From: the human T2T-CHM13v2.0 reference genome, Homo sapiens
DNA: 64,000 nucleotides
Strand: one strand, 5' to 3'
Assembly (NCBI RefSeq): GCF_009914755.1
Contig: NC_060931.1
The position numbers were made by a program, and so were the translations under genes. A model generated the notes under the pieces. The model saw only the letters and a list, made by a program, of their open reading frames with translations. It did no database searches and had not been told where the DNA came from. Shown here one piece after another: positions 14,001 to 29,664 of this stretch (positions are counted from its first letter, which is position 1; each line of letters starts with the position of its first letter).

Positions 14001-15323
14001 TGATTAAAAACCATCCCTTTGGAATTACAACTAATAACTAGTGGAATGGAAATATTTATAAACCTGTTTATTCTCATAGCAGTGCGATGCTTTGTAACAT
14101 AAGCCGTTATATTTGCCATGTTAAAAAATGGAGAAAATCATTAATTTTAAAGATTATTGAAGTAATGTGGAAGATGAATTTTTTTATCTTGTCCCCAAGT
14201 GTGAAAAATCCTCAAAGCCAAAGAGCCATGTTCATCATTGTATCCCTTGTCACCAAAATGGGACCTGGCCCAAAGCAGCAGGTCCCACCAGCAGGTCTAA
14301 TTTCCAGGTTCTAATTCTTGCCAGTCTCATGCCAGAGCTTGATTCTGGCATCTGATAGCTTCATTTTAGAGCTTTCATGGTGTTGAAAAAAAAATGTCAA
14401 AGATGTCACGATAAGATTTGCAGCTGCAAAAGTTTCTGACAGAGCAGAGCAAACAGTAATAAATTGAGGCAAAAGGGATAAAGAGAGAGTAGGCCTCCTT
14501 TTACCTCTAAAAGCATCAAATATATAAGGTGAATCAAGGTGACTTAGTGCTTGTTCCACAGAGTCACACTTGACAAAGGAAAGCTTTAGCTTAAAAAAAT
14601 CAATGTGTTAGGGTAAAAGTATGTAACCTGCATCTTCTTCAAGATTATCCTAATTTACTTAAATTACAGATATTTTTTCTGTATTAGTTTCCCTAGCAAT
14701 TGATGTTCCCATGCATGGACATATCCAGGGTCAGGCATCAAAAATCTAGAATTTTGTTTCCTATAGTCAGTAAAGCATGGAAATGTGAACAACATAATAC
14801 ATATTACCTTGATTCTTCTTTAGTCACTATTAAAAGTAAAATTTATACATTTGTAAATTTATAAAAATGCACAAATATACTCTATTTCATACATCTAGTC
14901 ACATTATTAATAATCATGAGATAAAATATGTAGTATTAATTGAATGTGAACATTAATCTCTGTTCTGCTAACCAATTAAAATTTAAACACAAAAATATGG
15001 CTTACCAATGAGAACAAATCATTTAAGTATTACAATAGATAATAATTTTTTGGACAAGGGAAACCTTTTCATATTTTTCAATGACCGTATTTAGTCCTTT
15101 TTAGTAACAAAAAGTATATCCTCTCAGCCATCCAACAAAGTGACCATATAGCAGGTACAACAGGAAATGCTTTTGGAAAATGCCAAGCATTCAGAAATTG
15201 ACATCTACAAGGTCCATAAAAGAATGTCTAAATGACAAGTTTTATATGGTTGTGTACAAAAATGCATGTAGCCTATAGAACTCAACAGTATATTAGCCTT
15301 CTTAAAGAAATATTCGTGAATCC

Positions 15324-15325
<2 letters not shown>

Positions 15326-15358
<33 letters not shown>

Positions 15359-15362
15359 AGAG
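15326..15362. repeat. (CA)n(GA)n microsatellite
   Basis: Direct reading. Confidence 0.9.
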
Positions 15363-15404
15363 AAAGGCAAGAAAGACAAAAGTGTTTTTAAAAAATGTAC
15401 ATTA

Positions 15405-15537
15405 GGCTGGGCGCGGTGGCTCAAGCCTGTAGTTCCAGCACTTTGGGAGGCTGAGGTGGGCAGATAATGAGGTCAAGAGATCAACACCATCCTGGCCAAC
15501 ATGGTGAAACCCCATCTCTATTAAAAATAAAAAAATT
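15405..15537 (+). mobile_element. Alu left monomer (AluSc-like), split from its right arm by an L1 insertion
   Basis: GGCTGGGCGCGGTGGCTC...GAGGTCAAGAGATC...CATCCTGGCCAACATGG ending in linker AAAAATAAAAAAATT. Confidence 0.95.
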
Positions 15538-16442
15538 GGGGGAGGAGCCAAGATGGCCGAATAGAAAGAGCTCCGGTCTACAGCTCCCAACGTGAGCGAC
15601 GCAGAAGACCGTGATTTCTGCATTTCCATCTGAGGTACCGGGTTCATCTCACTAGGGAGTGCCAGATAGTGGGCGCAGGTCAGTGGGTGCACGCACCATG
15701 CGCGAGCCGAAGCAGGGCGAGGCATTGCCTCACTTGGGAAGCGCAAGGGTCAGGGAGTTCCCTTTCTGAGTCAAAGAAAGGGGTGACGGATGGCACCTGG
15801 AAAATCGGGTCACTCCCACCCGAATACTGCGCTTTTCCGAGGGGCTTAAAAAACGGTGCACCACGAGATTATATCCTGCACCTGTCTTGGAGGGTCCTAC
15901 GCCCACGGAGTCTCGCTGATTGCTAGCACAGCAGTCTGAGATCAAACTGCAAGGCGGCAGCCAGGCTGGGGGAGGGGCGCCCACCATTGCCCAGGCTTGA
16001 TTAGGTAAACAGAGCAGCCTGGAAGCTCGAACTGGGTGGAGCCCACCACAGCTCAAGGAGGCCTGCCTGCCTCTGTAGGCTCCACCTCTGGGGGCAGGGC
16101 ACAGACAAACAAAAAGACAGCAGTAACCTCTGCAGACTTAAATGTCCCTGTCTGACAGCTTTGAAGAGAGCAGTGGTTCTCCCAGCACGCAGCTGGAGAT
16201 CTGAAAACGGGCAGACTGCCTCCTCAAGTGGGTCCCTGACCCCTGACCCCCGAGCAGCCTAACTGGGAGGCACCCCCCAGCAGGGGCACACTGACACCTC
16301 ACACGGCAGGGTATTCCAACAGACCTGCAGCTGAGGGTCCTGTCTGTTAGAAGGAAAACTAACAAACAGAAAGGACATCCACACCAAAAACCCATCTGTA
16401 CATCACCATCATCAAACACCAAAAGTAGATAAAACCACAAAG
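15538..16442 (+). promoter_or_regulatory. L1 5'UTR internal sense promoter and antisense promoter; YY1 site AAGATGGCC at 15550-15558
   Basis: Canonical CpG-rich primate L1 5'UTR; YY1 motif intact. Confidence 0.85.
15730..15987 (-). CDS. ORF0: LINE-1 antisense ORF0, open, 85 aa
   Basis: MVGAPPPAWLPPCSLISDCCASNQRDSVGVGPS...RVGVTRFSRC matches primate L1 ORF0; ATG at 15987-15985. Confidence 0.75.
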   Translation of the reverse strand: MVGAPPPAWLPPCSLISDCCASNQRDSVGVGPSKTGAGYNLVVHRFLSPSEKRSIRVGVTRFSRCHPSPLSLTQKGNSLTLALPK

Positions 16443-17459
16443 ATGGGGAAAAGACAGAACAGAAAAACTGGAAACTCTAAAACGCAGAGCGCCTCTCCTC
16501 TTCCAAAGGAACGCAGTTCCTCACCAGCAACGGAACAAAGCTGGATGGAGAATGACTTTGACGAGCTGAGAGAAGAAGGCTTCAGACGATCAAATTACTC
16601 TGAGCTATGGGAGGACATTCAAACCAAAGGCAAAGAAGTTGAAAACTTTGAAAAAAATTTAGAAGAATGTATAACTAGAATAACCAATACAGAGAAGTGC
16701 TTAAAGGAGCTGATGGAGCTGAAAACCAAGGCTTGAGAACTACATGAAGAATGCAGAAGCCTCAGGAGCCAATGCGATCAACTGGAAGAAAGGGTATCAG
16801 CAATGGAAGATGAAATGAATGAAATGAAGCGAGAAGGGAAGTTGAGAGAAAAAAGAATAAAAAGAAATGAGCAAAGCCTCCAAGAAATATGGGACTATGT
16901 GAAAAGACCAAATCTACGTCTGATTGGTGTGCCTGAAAGTGATGGGGAGAATGGAACCAAGTTGGAAAACACTCTGCAGGATATTATCCAGGAGAATTTC
17001 CCCAATCTAGCAAGGCAGGCCAACGTTCAGATTCAGGAAATACAGAGAACGCCACAAAGATACTCCTCGAGAAGAGCAACTCCAAGACACATAATTGTGA
17101 GATTCACCAAAGTTGAAATGAAGGAAAAAATGTTAAGGGCAGCCAGAGAGAAAGGTCGGGTTACCCTCAAAGGGAAGCCCATCAGACTAACAGCGGATCT
17201 CTCGGCAGAAACCCTACAAGCCAGAAGAGAGTGGGGGCCAATATTCAACATTCTTAAAGACAAGAATTTTCAACCCAGAATTTCATATCCAGCCAAACTA
17301 AGCTTCATAAGTGAAGGAGAAATAAAATACTTTACGAACAAGCAAATGCTGAGAGATTTTGTCACCACCAGGCCTGCCCTACAAGAGCTCCTGAAGGAAG
17401 CGCTAAACGTGGAAAGGAACAACTGGTACCAGCCTCTGCAAAATCATGCCAAAAAGTAA
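16443..17459 (+). pseudogene. ORF1: L1 ORF1p with premature stop
   Basis: MGKRQNRKTGNSK...QPLQNHAKK; in-frame TGA at 16734-16736, probably a CGA>TGA CpG transition. Confidence 0.95.
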
Positions 17460-17522
17460 AGACCATCAAGACTAGGAAGAAACTGCATCAACTAACGAGC
17501 AAAATCACCAGCTAATATCATC

Positions 17523-21347
<3,825 letters not shown>

Positions 21348-21580
21348 ACAATGAGATCACACGGACACAGGAAGGGGAATATCACACTCTGGGGACTGTT
21401 GTGGGGTGGGGGGAGGGGGGAGGGATAGCATTGGGAGATATACCTAATGCTAGATGACGAGTTAGTGGGTGCAGTGCACCAGCATGGCACATGTATACAT
21501 ATGTAACTAACCTGCACAATGCGCACATGTACCCTAAAACTTAAAGTTTAATTAAAAAAAAATAATAAATAAAAAAAATT

Positions 21581-21793
21581 AGCTGGATGTGGTGGCATGC
21601 GCCTGTAATCCCAGCTACTCAAGAGGCTGAGGCAGGAGAAACGCTTGAACCCGGGAGGCGCGGAGGTTGCAGACAGCCAAGATCGCACCACTGCATTCCA
21701 GCCTGGGCAGCAATAGCAAAACTCCGTGAAAGAAGGAAAGAAAGAAAGAGAGAAGAGGGTGGTGGGGAGGGGCGGAGAGAGAGAAAGAGAAAG
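21581..21793 (+). mobile_element. Alu right monomer with GA-rich tail (continues 15405-15537)
   Basis: AGCTGGATGTGGTGGCATGCGCCTGTAATCCCAGC...AAAACTCCGT then purine tract; outer TSD-like AAAAATGTACATTA / AAAAAGTTACATTA. Confidence 0.93.
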
Positions 21794-23859
21794 AAAAAGT
21801 TACATTATTAATTAACATGTTTTGAATGGCTTCATCCAGAACATAATAGGAAGACACGTGTACATTTCTCAGAAACAATTGTTTTCTTGAAATCTCAGTC
21901 ACAGCATACCCTCATTTTTGCCTAAAATCATCAGCTTTTTACTAAATGATTTTAGTTGATGTTTCCATAGAGATCAAAAAGTGACCATGTGAGAATATAT
22001 ACGTGAAGTTCCTTCTAAACTGCATACCATTAAAATGACTCCTATTTCTATGGTTTTTTTTTTTTTTTAACTCACACCTCTACTCATCTATCTTATTTTT
22101 TATATTATGGTCCTTCAAACTATGACCCAAATGTCCCCTGCTAGTTCTATTTCCTGAGACTTCCAAATATAAAACCCTCTCACTCATTACATAGAATAGG
22201 GATCATAGTTTCTTGTCATGAGAAGGTGTGCTATGAGATTCAATATATTGCCACTAGAACAGCATATTTCTAAACCCTGATGATGGTCAGAGATCAAGAT
22301 GGCATACAATAGTCATGCATATTATAGTAAAACACAAAAGATAACTATCAGAATTTAAATGTATATAAAAATAATGGTTTTGCCTAAAATAGATTTGGAT
22401 TAAAAAAATAGTAATGACTGATGTCTTTGAACGTACATGAACACACAGTTGTTAGTGGTGTATATGAGAATTATCAAGTCCTCTATCTTTTTAATCTAAT
22501 ATTTCTCCAGTCTATTTTACATGTGCAATTTTAAAATATCTTTATGCTTTAAAATATAATCTTAAAGCAAATCTTATAAATGCAATTCATGAAAACTTAC
22601 AAAAGTAACGAGGAAATATTTTCACCAAGTTGGAAACTACATTTTATTAATAATTTAAAAAGTTAGCAGTTGGTAATTTTCTCAAAATTAATATTGAATT
22701 ATTTTACAGTGTTTGAAATTATTTTTCTCTCTTATTTCTGATTTCTCATGTCATCTATATAGAATATGGAATCATGTTTAAAGATTTTAAAACATTTAAA
22801 AAACATACATACATTACATAAATATATGTGTAATATGTACACATATGTATATGTGTGTATTCACACACACACACTTTGGAGAATATTTATCTGTGTATTT
22901 CCGTTTTACCTTGAGTTTTGATTCAAAACCTATGTTTTTCAATAAGATTATAAGTTTCATGAGATTGAAATCTAATTCAATACTGTACATCTTTAGCATG
23001 TATTATCATTCCTTAAGGATAATGCTCATTTTTTTTGTAGCTAGCTTTTTGTAGCTTCTATAAATTGTCATTCCAGATGGCACTCCATTGTTTCAAACTC
23101 GATGCCACTCACCTTCTTTTAGGAAAAGATTTGTATTTAATAGGAAGCCTGGGCAGTGTTTTTCTACAAGAAGAGAGGGTGTAGCTTGAGGAACGATATT
23201 AGGTTTTGCAATTGAATTGTTCTTCTATGAATTACTCCTAAAAACTGATGTAAGCAAATAACTCTTCCAAGTCTCCAAGAACTGCTTTACCACAGGAAAT
23301 ATCTCAACAATTTGCTGAAAATATTTGCATCTGTTCACCCAGAAAGTGAAAATCAAAAGTGATTATTATCTTTTTCTCCTTAAAGAAACCATCATAGGTG
23401 CCCTGTGTCATCCAACACACACCCTAGCTATGGGTGTGTGCTGTGTTGAGAAATGCTAATAATACACTCTTGAAAAGAAACATACCTCTATATTTCCCTT
23501 GTAGCATATATTTTTTAATGAATTAAACGTAAAGGTCACTGGCAGCAAGAAAACACTTTTATTATTATACTCAACTCAGTGCCCAGGTTAGAGTCTGACA
23601 CAGACTAGATGCTTGATAAATATTTACCAGATGAATGAATACAAGTTGTTTATAATCTCAGCTGCTGAATAGGCTAATATACTGCCCCCTCTCCCTGTAC
23701 ATTTTATCATCTCCAGAGATTAAAAAGACCTAAAAGATGTATCGATATCATTTTACCATTCCAAGCGATAAGGCTTAAGAATGGCTTATATTGTGTCGGG
23801 TAAAGACCAAATATGGAAACAAATGGTATATGAAAAATTGGCAGGAAAAAAAATCACAT

Positions 23860-24025
23860 AAGACTGAGAGCCAGGCAAGAGATATTTTCTTGTAGTCCAG
23901 ATCATCCCTAGCTTGTTGTATGTTCCTACGCAAATGACTTTATATTTCTGGGCATCTTGACACATCTGTTACATGAAGAAGATGCTCTAGCTGCCAAAGT
24001 CTCTTTCAGGTTCTATATTCTGAAA
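23860..24025 (+). mobile_element. MIR (MIR3-like) fragment
   Basis: CAAATGACTTTATATTTCTGGGCATC and end GTCTCTTTCAGGTTCTATATTCTGA. Confidence 0.5.
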
Positions 24026-24039
24026 TGCAAACAACTAGC

Positions 24040-26245
24040 AATACTGAATAATGGTTAGCTTGCTGAGCAATGAGGCACCCCATACATTGCTAGTGGAATT
24101 TTAGAAAATGCCGCAGCCGCTCTGGAAAACAGTTTGGCAGTTTCTTATAAAGTTCAATCTATATCTACCCATAAAATCCAGGAAGTCCACTCCTAGGTAT
24201 CTACTCAGAAGAAATGAAACATTATATTTACACAAAAACCTATTCACAAGTATTTACATCAGCTTTGTTTATAATTCTTAACAATTAGAAACAACCTAGA
24301 TGTCCTTCAACCAGTAAAGATATAAACAAACTGTGGCACATAGCTCAAATGTAGTATTAGCAATAAACAGAGCAAACTAATGGTTCAAACGACAACATGC
24401 ATGAATCTTAAATACATTTTGCTGAGTGAAAGAATATGCTCTAGTTTGTGACTTTGTTTCTTTCAGGGATATGGATCAGGAATCCTAAAAGAATTACATT
24501 TTTATATTAGGATTAAATAAATAAATAAATGTATTGTACATAATAAAAGCCAGGTTTCCTGCTACCAGAGAAAGAAGTTGTAAAAGGTGAGGAGGGAAGA
24601 TTAGAATGGCTCCTATGGTGCTGGATTGTAGTAAATGGCATCAATATTACCTTATTTTTAAGTATGTATATGTGTACACACACACATATATATGGACATG
24701 TAAACATATACAAAAATAGCTATGAAAATGAGTGTAAGCATGAATTAGTATGCTACATATATTTCCTACTTTTATCCCTGAATGGGGCCAGAGTCAGTAA
24801 GACCCCTGTAACAAAATAGCACACCTAGAACCCACACATTTGTTTCTAAATACCACTCTCCAATAAATGGAACCAGGACTCCTGTGAGAAATGATTGATT
24901 CCAGGATTGAGACAGGAAAGTTTAAAGTGAGCCTGAAGTATCTTCATAATGCCAGAAAATAAGAAACTGGGGTAAAATAATAAATAAAGAAAACAAAGGA
25001 TGGAGGAATACTGAATAATCACAGGAGCCAAACTGAAAAGTCTCCCAATGGCTAAAGCTGGAATAGCATGAACAAAAAATAAGTAACTGATATTTGAGAT
25101 AAACTCCTAACAATAAAAATTTCAGTTCATACTAACATAAATAAATGGGGTGATATGGTTTGGCTGTGTCCCCACCCAAATCTCATCTTGAATTATAACT
25201 CCCATAAATCCCAGGTGTTGTGGGAAAGACACAGTGGGAATGAATCATGGGGGTGGTTTCCCCCATACTGTTCTCATGGTAGTGAGTAAGTCTCACAACG
25301 TCTGATGGTTTTACACGAGGTTTCCCTTTTCACTTGGCTCTCATTCTGTCTTGTCTGCTGCCGTGTCTGATGTGCCTTTCGCCTTCTGCCATAATTGTGA
25401 GGCCTCCTCAGCTATGTGGAAGTGTGAGTCCATTAAACCTCTTTTTCTTTATAAATTACCTGGTCTCAGGTATGTCTTTATTGGCAGCATGAAAATGGAC
25501 TTACTCAGTGGGGCATGGGTGATGGTTCTTCTTTATATATTTATCAATGGAAAATCACAATTAGAATACCACAGTAAAAATTGCCACAGGCATGATCCAG
25601 AGATAGATGCTAAAATGAATGGGCTAAAGTTTAAGCTGAAACCAGATATTTGCAACAAGAAGATTACAACAAGGAAAATAGAAATTTAGAGTGGAAACTC
25701 TTCACAGACACTACCATAGTCAAGTGATTAAGGTTAACATAACCTGTCATTCAAATTGTATCATCTTCAATACTCTGACGTGATGCCTGGAGACAAGCAC
25801 ATTATCCGTGACATTCATCTCATAAATGCATAACCTCAATCTAATAATCAAAAAACATTAGACAAGCTTAGGTTGAAAGTATATATAAATATGTGATGCT
25901 TCCACTGACCCGTTCTCTGATCCATTCTCTTCAAATGTCAAGGTCAAGACTGATGATTGTCACAGACTGAAGAAGACCACAGAGGCTTGACAATTAAGAG
26001 CAATGTGGGATTTGAGATTAGATGTGGAATAGAAAAAGTACATTAATAGGAGAATTGGGGAAATTGAATAAATCTTGTGCTTTGGTTAATACTATTGAAT
26101 GAAGGGTAATTTCTTTTGATAAATGTTTTATAGTTATATAATATACAAACATAAGGGTAAGATGGATTAAGGGTAGATGGAACTCTCTGTACTATTTTTG
26201 GAATTATTTTATCACTGTAAAATTATTTCAATATTGAAGAGTTAA
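24040..26245 (+). mobile_element. Old L1 (L1MC/L1MD-type) 3' region, interrupted by THE1 LTR
   Basis: CTCTGGAAAACAGTTTGGCAGTTTCTTATAAAGTT; CCACTCCTAGGTAT; end GGAACTCTCTGTACTATTTTTG. Confidence 0.75.
25151..25507 (+). mobile_element. THE1C-like MaLR solo LTR
   Basis: TGATATGGTTTGGCTGTGTCCCCACCCAAATCTCATCTTGAA...CCCCCATACTGTTCTC...CATTAAACCTCTTTTTC...GGACTTACTCA; TG...CA termini. Confidence 0.93.
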
Positions 26246-26679
26246 ATTCCTTGATCATTCAACCAGTAGGTTGTCAATGTATTCATTACAGGATGCCAAT
26301 TTGAGATTTTTTTAAATTTAGGATAATTTCTAATTTCCTCCTGTGTGTTTTCTGTAATCATAGGGAAACATCAAAATATCTAGGTACTGCCTGGTCTTAA
26401 GAAATTTCCCTATATATAGCACACATCACTTTAGCCCACATAAACTGAGATATTTGGCCACATCTAACTGTAAGGAAGTCTGGAAATGGTATCAGTTACA
26501 ATTCTAGTGCTGTAGAAGAAGGGAAGAAAGATTTTGGTGGTTGGCTATCAGCCTGTGATGCAAGAATAAGGAGCACTATAGGAGATTCTCAACCTAACAT
26601 TTATTTACAATGTTGATGCACTTCATACATAGAAAAGGCTCTTAAAGAAATATGAGTACTGTCATAAATATTAATTGCA

Positions 26680-26900
26680 ATCACTAACATTTTAGTATGT
26701 TTTATTTTACAAGGATCTTTCTGTGAAATATTGCTTTTAAATCTATGAAATAAATATAACAATCCCAATTTATATATGAAGAAATTAAAGCAGAGAGAAA
26801 TTACATATATAGTGACATAGCTGGGATAGAGAGATATTACATATCTAGTAACATAGCTGAGATATAATTCTAGATTTTCTGACCCAACATGGACATTTTT
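26680..26900 (-). mobile_element. MIR SINE
   Basis: ATCCCAATTTATATATGAAGAAATTAAAGCAGAGAG resembles reverse MIR core. Confidence 0.6.
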
Positions 26901-27639
26901 CTGTAAAAATTGTTTAAAGATTCTATCAGTTTAATTGTTAAGAATGTTTTCAAAATTGAAAAAAATCTCACCCCAGTATTAAAATCACATTGTCAGAAAA
27001 TTGTATAACTCTTGTCTTCAGAGAATTAGGAGCTTAAGAATGAGTCAAATTCTCCTTTTGAACTTGACTTACCATATTTGTGAAGTTCATAATGACTGAA
27101 TGTTTCATTTAGGCCAAAGATCCACCAATTCCAGGCTCTGGGTAAAAGCCAGACCTCGAAGTCTCCTATTATTCCAAGAGTACATTTCCAAATATTTTAT
27201 TCTCTTTATTTGTCTCATGCTCTGGTTTTGTCCCAGGCAGGTCTCATTCAAGTCCAAGTTCAAACAAGAGCCTTTCAGTCTTACAGTCTCTCATCTCTCC
27301 CCCAATTTGTTTTGGCTAATTGCCTCCCTCTGCGGCCACACTATTTCTCTCACTCAAACAGTTGATCCCATATGTCAACGCTGTTTGCAAAGGAGCACTT
27401 GAAAGGGTAGGGTTATTCATAGGTAGCATTGTTGAAGGACAGAAAGCCAGGAGAAACTCCTCAGTCCATAACATTCCATTATCTACCCCCTTACTGTGGA
27501 GTGATAAAATAAACCCCTATGTATCACAAGATTCAAAGTCAGTATTCTAGTCCTTCTTTCCTACTCATATAAAATTGGTATATCAACATTGCAACAAGAC
27601 TGTCAAGAATGCTAATCTGATTTCCATCAATGAGTGGGT

Positions 27640-28100
27640 ACATGTTCTGAATGGCAGAGCTGATATATATGTCCTTGCTCTATGATAGTCAAAGTATACT
27701 GGAGGCTTTGGGCAAAAGTCATAGCCTCATTCTTTAAAAGACCTCCAGAACTTCTGCCTGTAGAACTGTATGAAGGGTAAAGGGACTCAAAGACATTCCA
27801 CAGAAGAATAACAAGGGAATATACAAAGACTGCATAAGAGAAAACTGCAATTGGAAGAGTTTTCTCCAACTATCTTAAGGGCAGCCCTGAAATAGTCTTT
27901 AGTGAGGCATCATTTTGATTAACTAAAAGGGAAAGCCAGACTTTCTAAATGGTAATTCTTAGGAATAACATATTAGCTCAACATAAAGAAAGATAAGTGT
28001 AAGTATTAGAAGTATCCCCCCCCCCCGCCAAAAAAAAAAAGAATGGATATCTCAGCAGAGAGCTAGTTTCTCATCTCTTGGAAGGCTTCAGGCAGGAGAG
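27640..28100 (+). mobile_element. Possible L3/CR1 LINE fragment
   Basis: Weak resemblance to CR1 3' region (GTCAAAGTATACTGGAG; TTTCTCATCTCTTGGAAGGCTTCAGGCAGGAG). Confidence 0.35.
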
Positions 28101-28851
28101 CAAAAGTAACAGAGTCTGACTATATAGCTACATCACAACTGACAAAGTTTATTTAACTATTTTAAAAGTCAATTTAGATTTATTATTGGATTTACTTTTT
28201 AACTGTCCATAAATCTGTTAAGGTAGGCGTAATGGAACTAGTGCAAGTCAAAAAAGTGGACAAAAAACAGTCAATATCAAAAAAGGAAGGCATGCAAATG
28301 AATTCCTCTCTCGACAGATAGACATATCTATATATATGTATATCTATACATATGATGTCAAAATTACCAATGATTTGAAGATAAATAAACAGGCTTCTTG
28401 TAAAGAATTAATGTTGCCAGGGATCCCATTTGTCTCCAAAACTGTGGTGGTGGATGCCATGTTGAGATGTTAACTTATTTTCTCCTCTCCCCTTCAAGGA
28501 GGTATTTAGCTCTATATTCAATCATTTCAAGAAAGACATGGCAGGACAAAAAAGCGGAACTGGCCACAAGTCTTTTAAGATCTTAGGAAAAGCTGGAAGA
28601 TTTTATGATGAAGCCAAGATTCTTTGGTTTCTTGGGCATAAGCTTCTGAATGCAGAGGGAGAAGAATTATCTCCAGACTAGAAAAATATGCCTGCAGTAT
28701 GTAAACAGGGACATATAGAAGGAGGGTATAGATTAGAGACAGGGAGAACTATATCTGATTTTCTAGCCATTCCTCTGGGGAGCTAACAAGATGGCAGACA
28801 AAAAAATGGCTTGACTGTGTTGTGCAGCTCAGTACCCGGGATCCTTGCATC

Positions 28852-28893
28852 CTACACTGGTCAGGGTTCTCCAGAGAAACAAAATCAATAGGA

Positions 28894-28951
<58 letters not shown>

Positions 28952-29431
28952 TGTGTGATTATAGAGGCTGAGAAGTCCCATGATCTGCAAGCTGGAGAAC
29001 CAGGGAAGCTGCTTGTTCAAATCACTCTGAGTCTGATAGCCTAAGAAACAGAGAGCCAAAAGTATATCTCTCCGTCTGAGGTTAAAAGCCTGAGAAATGG
29101 GGAGACTACTGGTGTAAGTCTGGAAGTCTAAAGGCCTAAGACCTAGAGTTCTTATATACAAGGGAAAGAGAAGAATGATGAGAATGATGTCCCACCTTCG
29201 GAAGAAAGAGCGAATTTGCCTTTTTTCAGCCTTTTTGTTCTATCTGGACTCTCAGTCAATTGGATGTTGCCCTCTCACACTGGGTAAGGGCAGATCTTCC
29301 TTATTCAAGTTCACTTATTCAAATGCCAATCTCTTCCAGAAACACCCTAACAGATACACCCAGAAATAATGCTTTCTCATCTGTCTGGGTGTCTCTTAAC
29401 TCAGTCAAGTTCACAACTAAAATTAACAAGC
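28852..29431 (-). mobile_element. MLT2 (ERVL, MLT2B-like) solo LTR
   Basis: GTCAGGGTTCTCCAGAGAAAC...GAGGCTGAGAAGTCCCATGATCTGC...CAGTCAAGTTCACAACTAAAATTAAC. Confidence 0.88.
28897..28957. repeat. (CT)n(GT)n compound microsatellite within MLT2
   Basis: Direct reading. Confidence 0.92.
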
Positions 29432-29551
29432 CCTCTAGACCAAGCATGTCAGGGAAGCAGCAGGGAGCAACTGAACCTGAAGAGCCTAGAAGGGCTCCAC
29501 AATGGACATCATGAAGGCAAATCACAGGAACAAATCACAATGGTCTACATC

Positions 29552-29664
29552 TTGAGTGACCAATGATCTTGGTAGCCCAGGACTTTCCAGGTGTTAGCAC
29601 TGAGAGACGCATATCTAGGAAAAATCCTTCAGTTCCGTGCAAACCAACATTTGTCATTTCCCCA
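29552..29664 (+). mobile_element. MER94/MER81-like hAT-Blackjack non-autonomous DNA transposon
   Basis: GTGACCAA...GCCCAGGACTTTCCAGGTGTTAGCACTGA...CAGTTCCGTGCAAACC. Confidence 0.6.

Noticed and set aside
25146-25512. THE1 target-site duplication
   Set aside because: Flanks TGGGG and GTGGG do not match exactly, so no TSD is claimed.
27067-27075. Minus-strand donor ATG|GTAAGT (also CAA|GTAAGT near 61330)
   Set aside because: No convincing upstream acceptor at exon distance.
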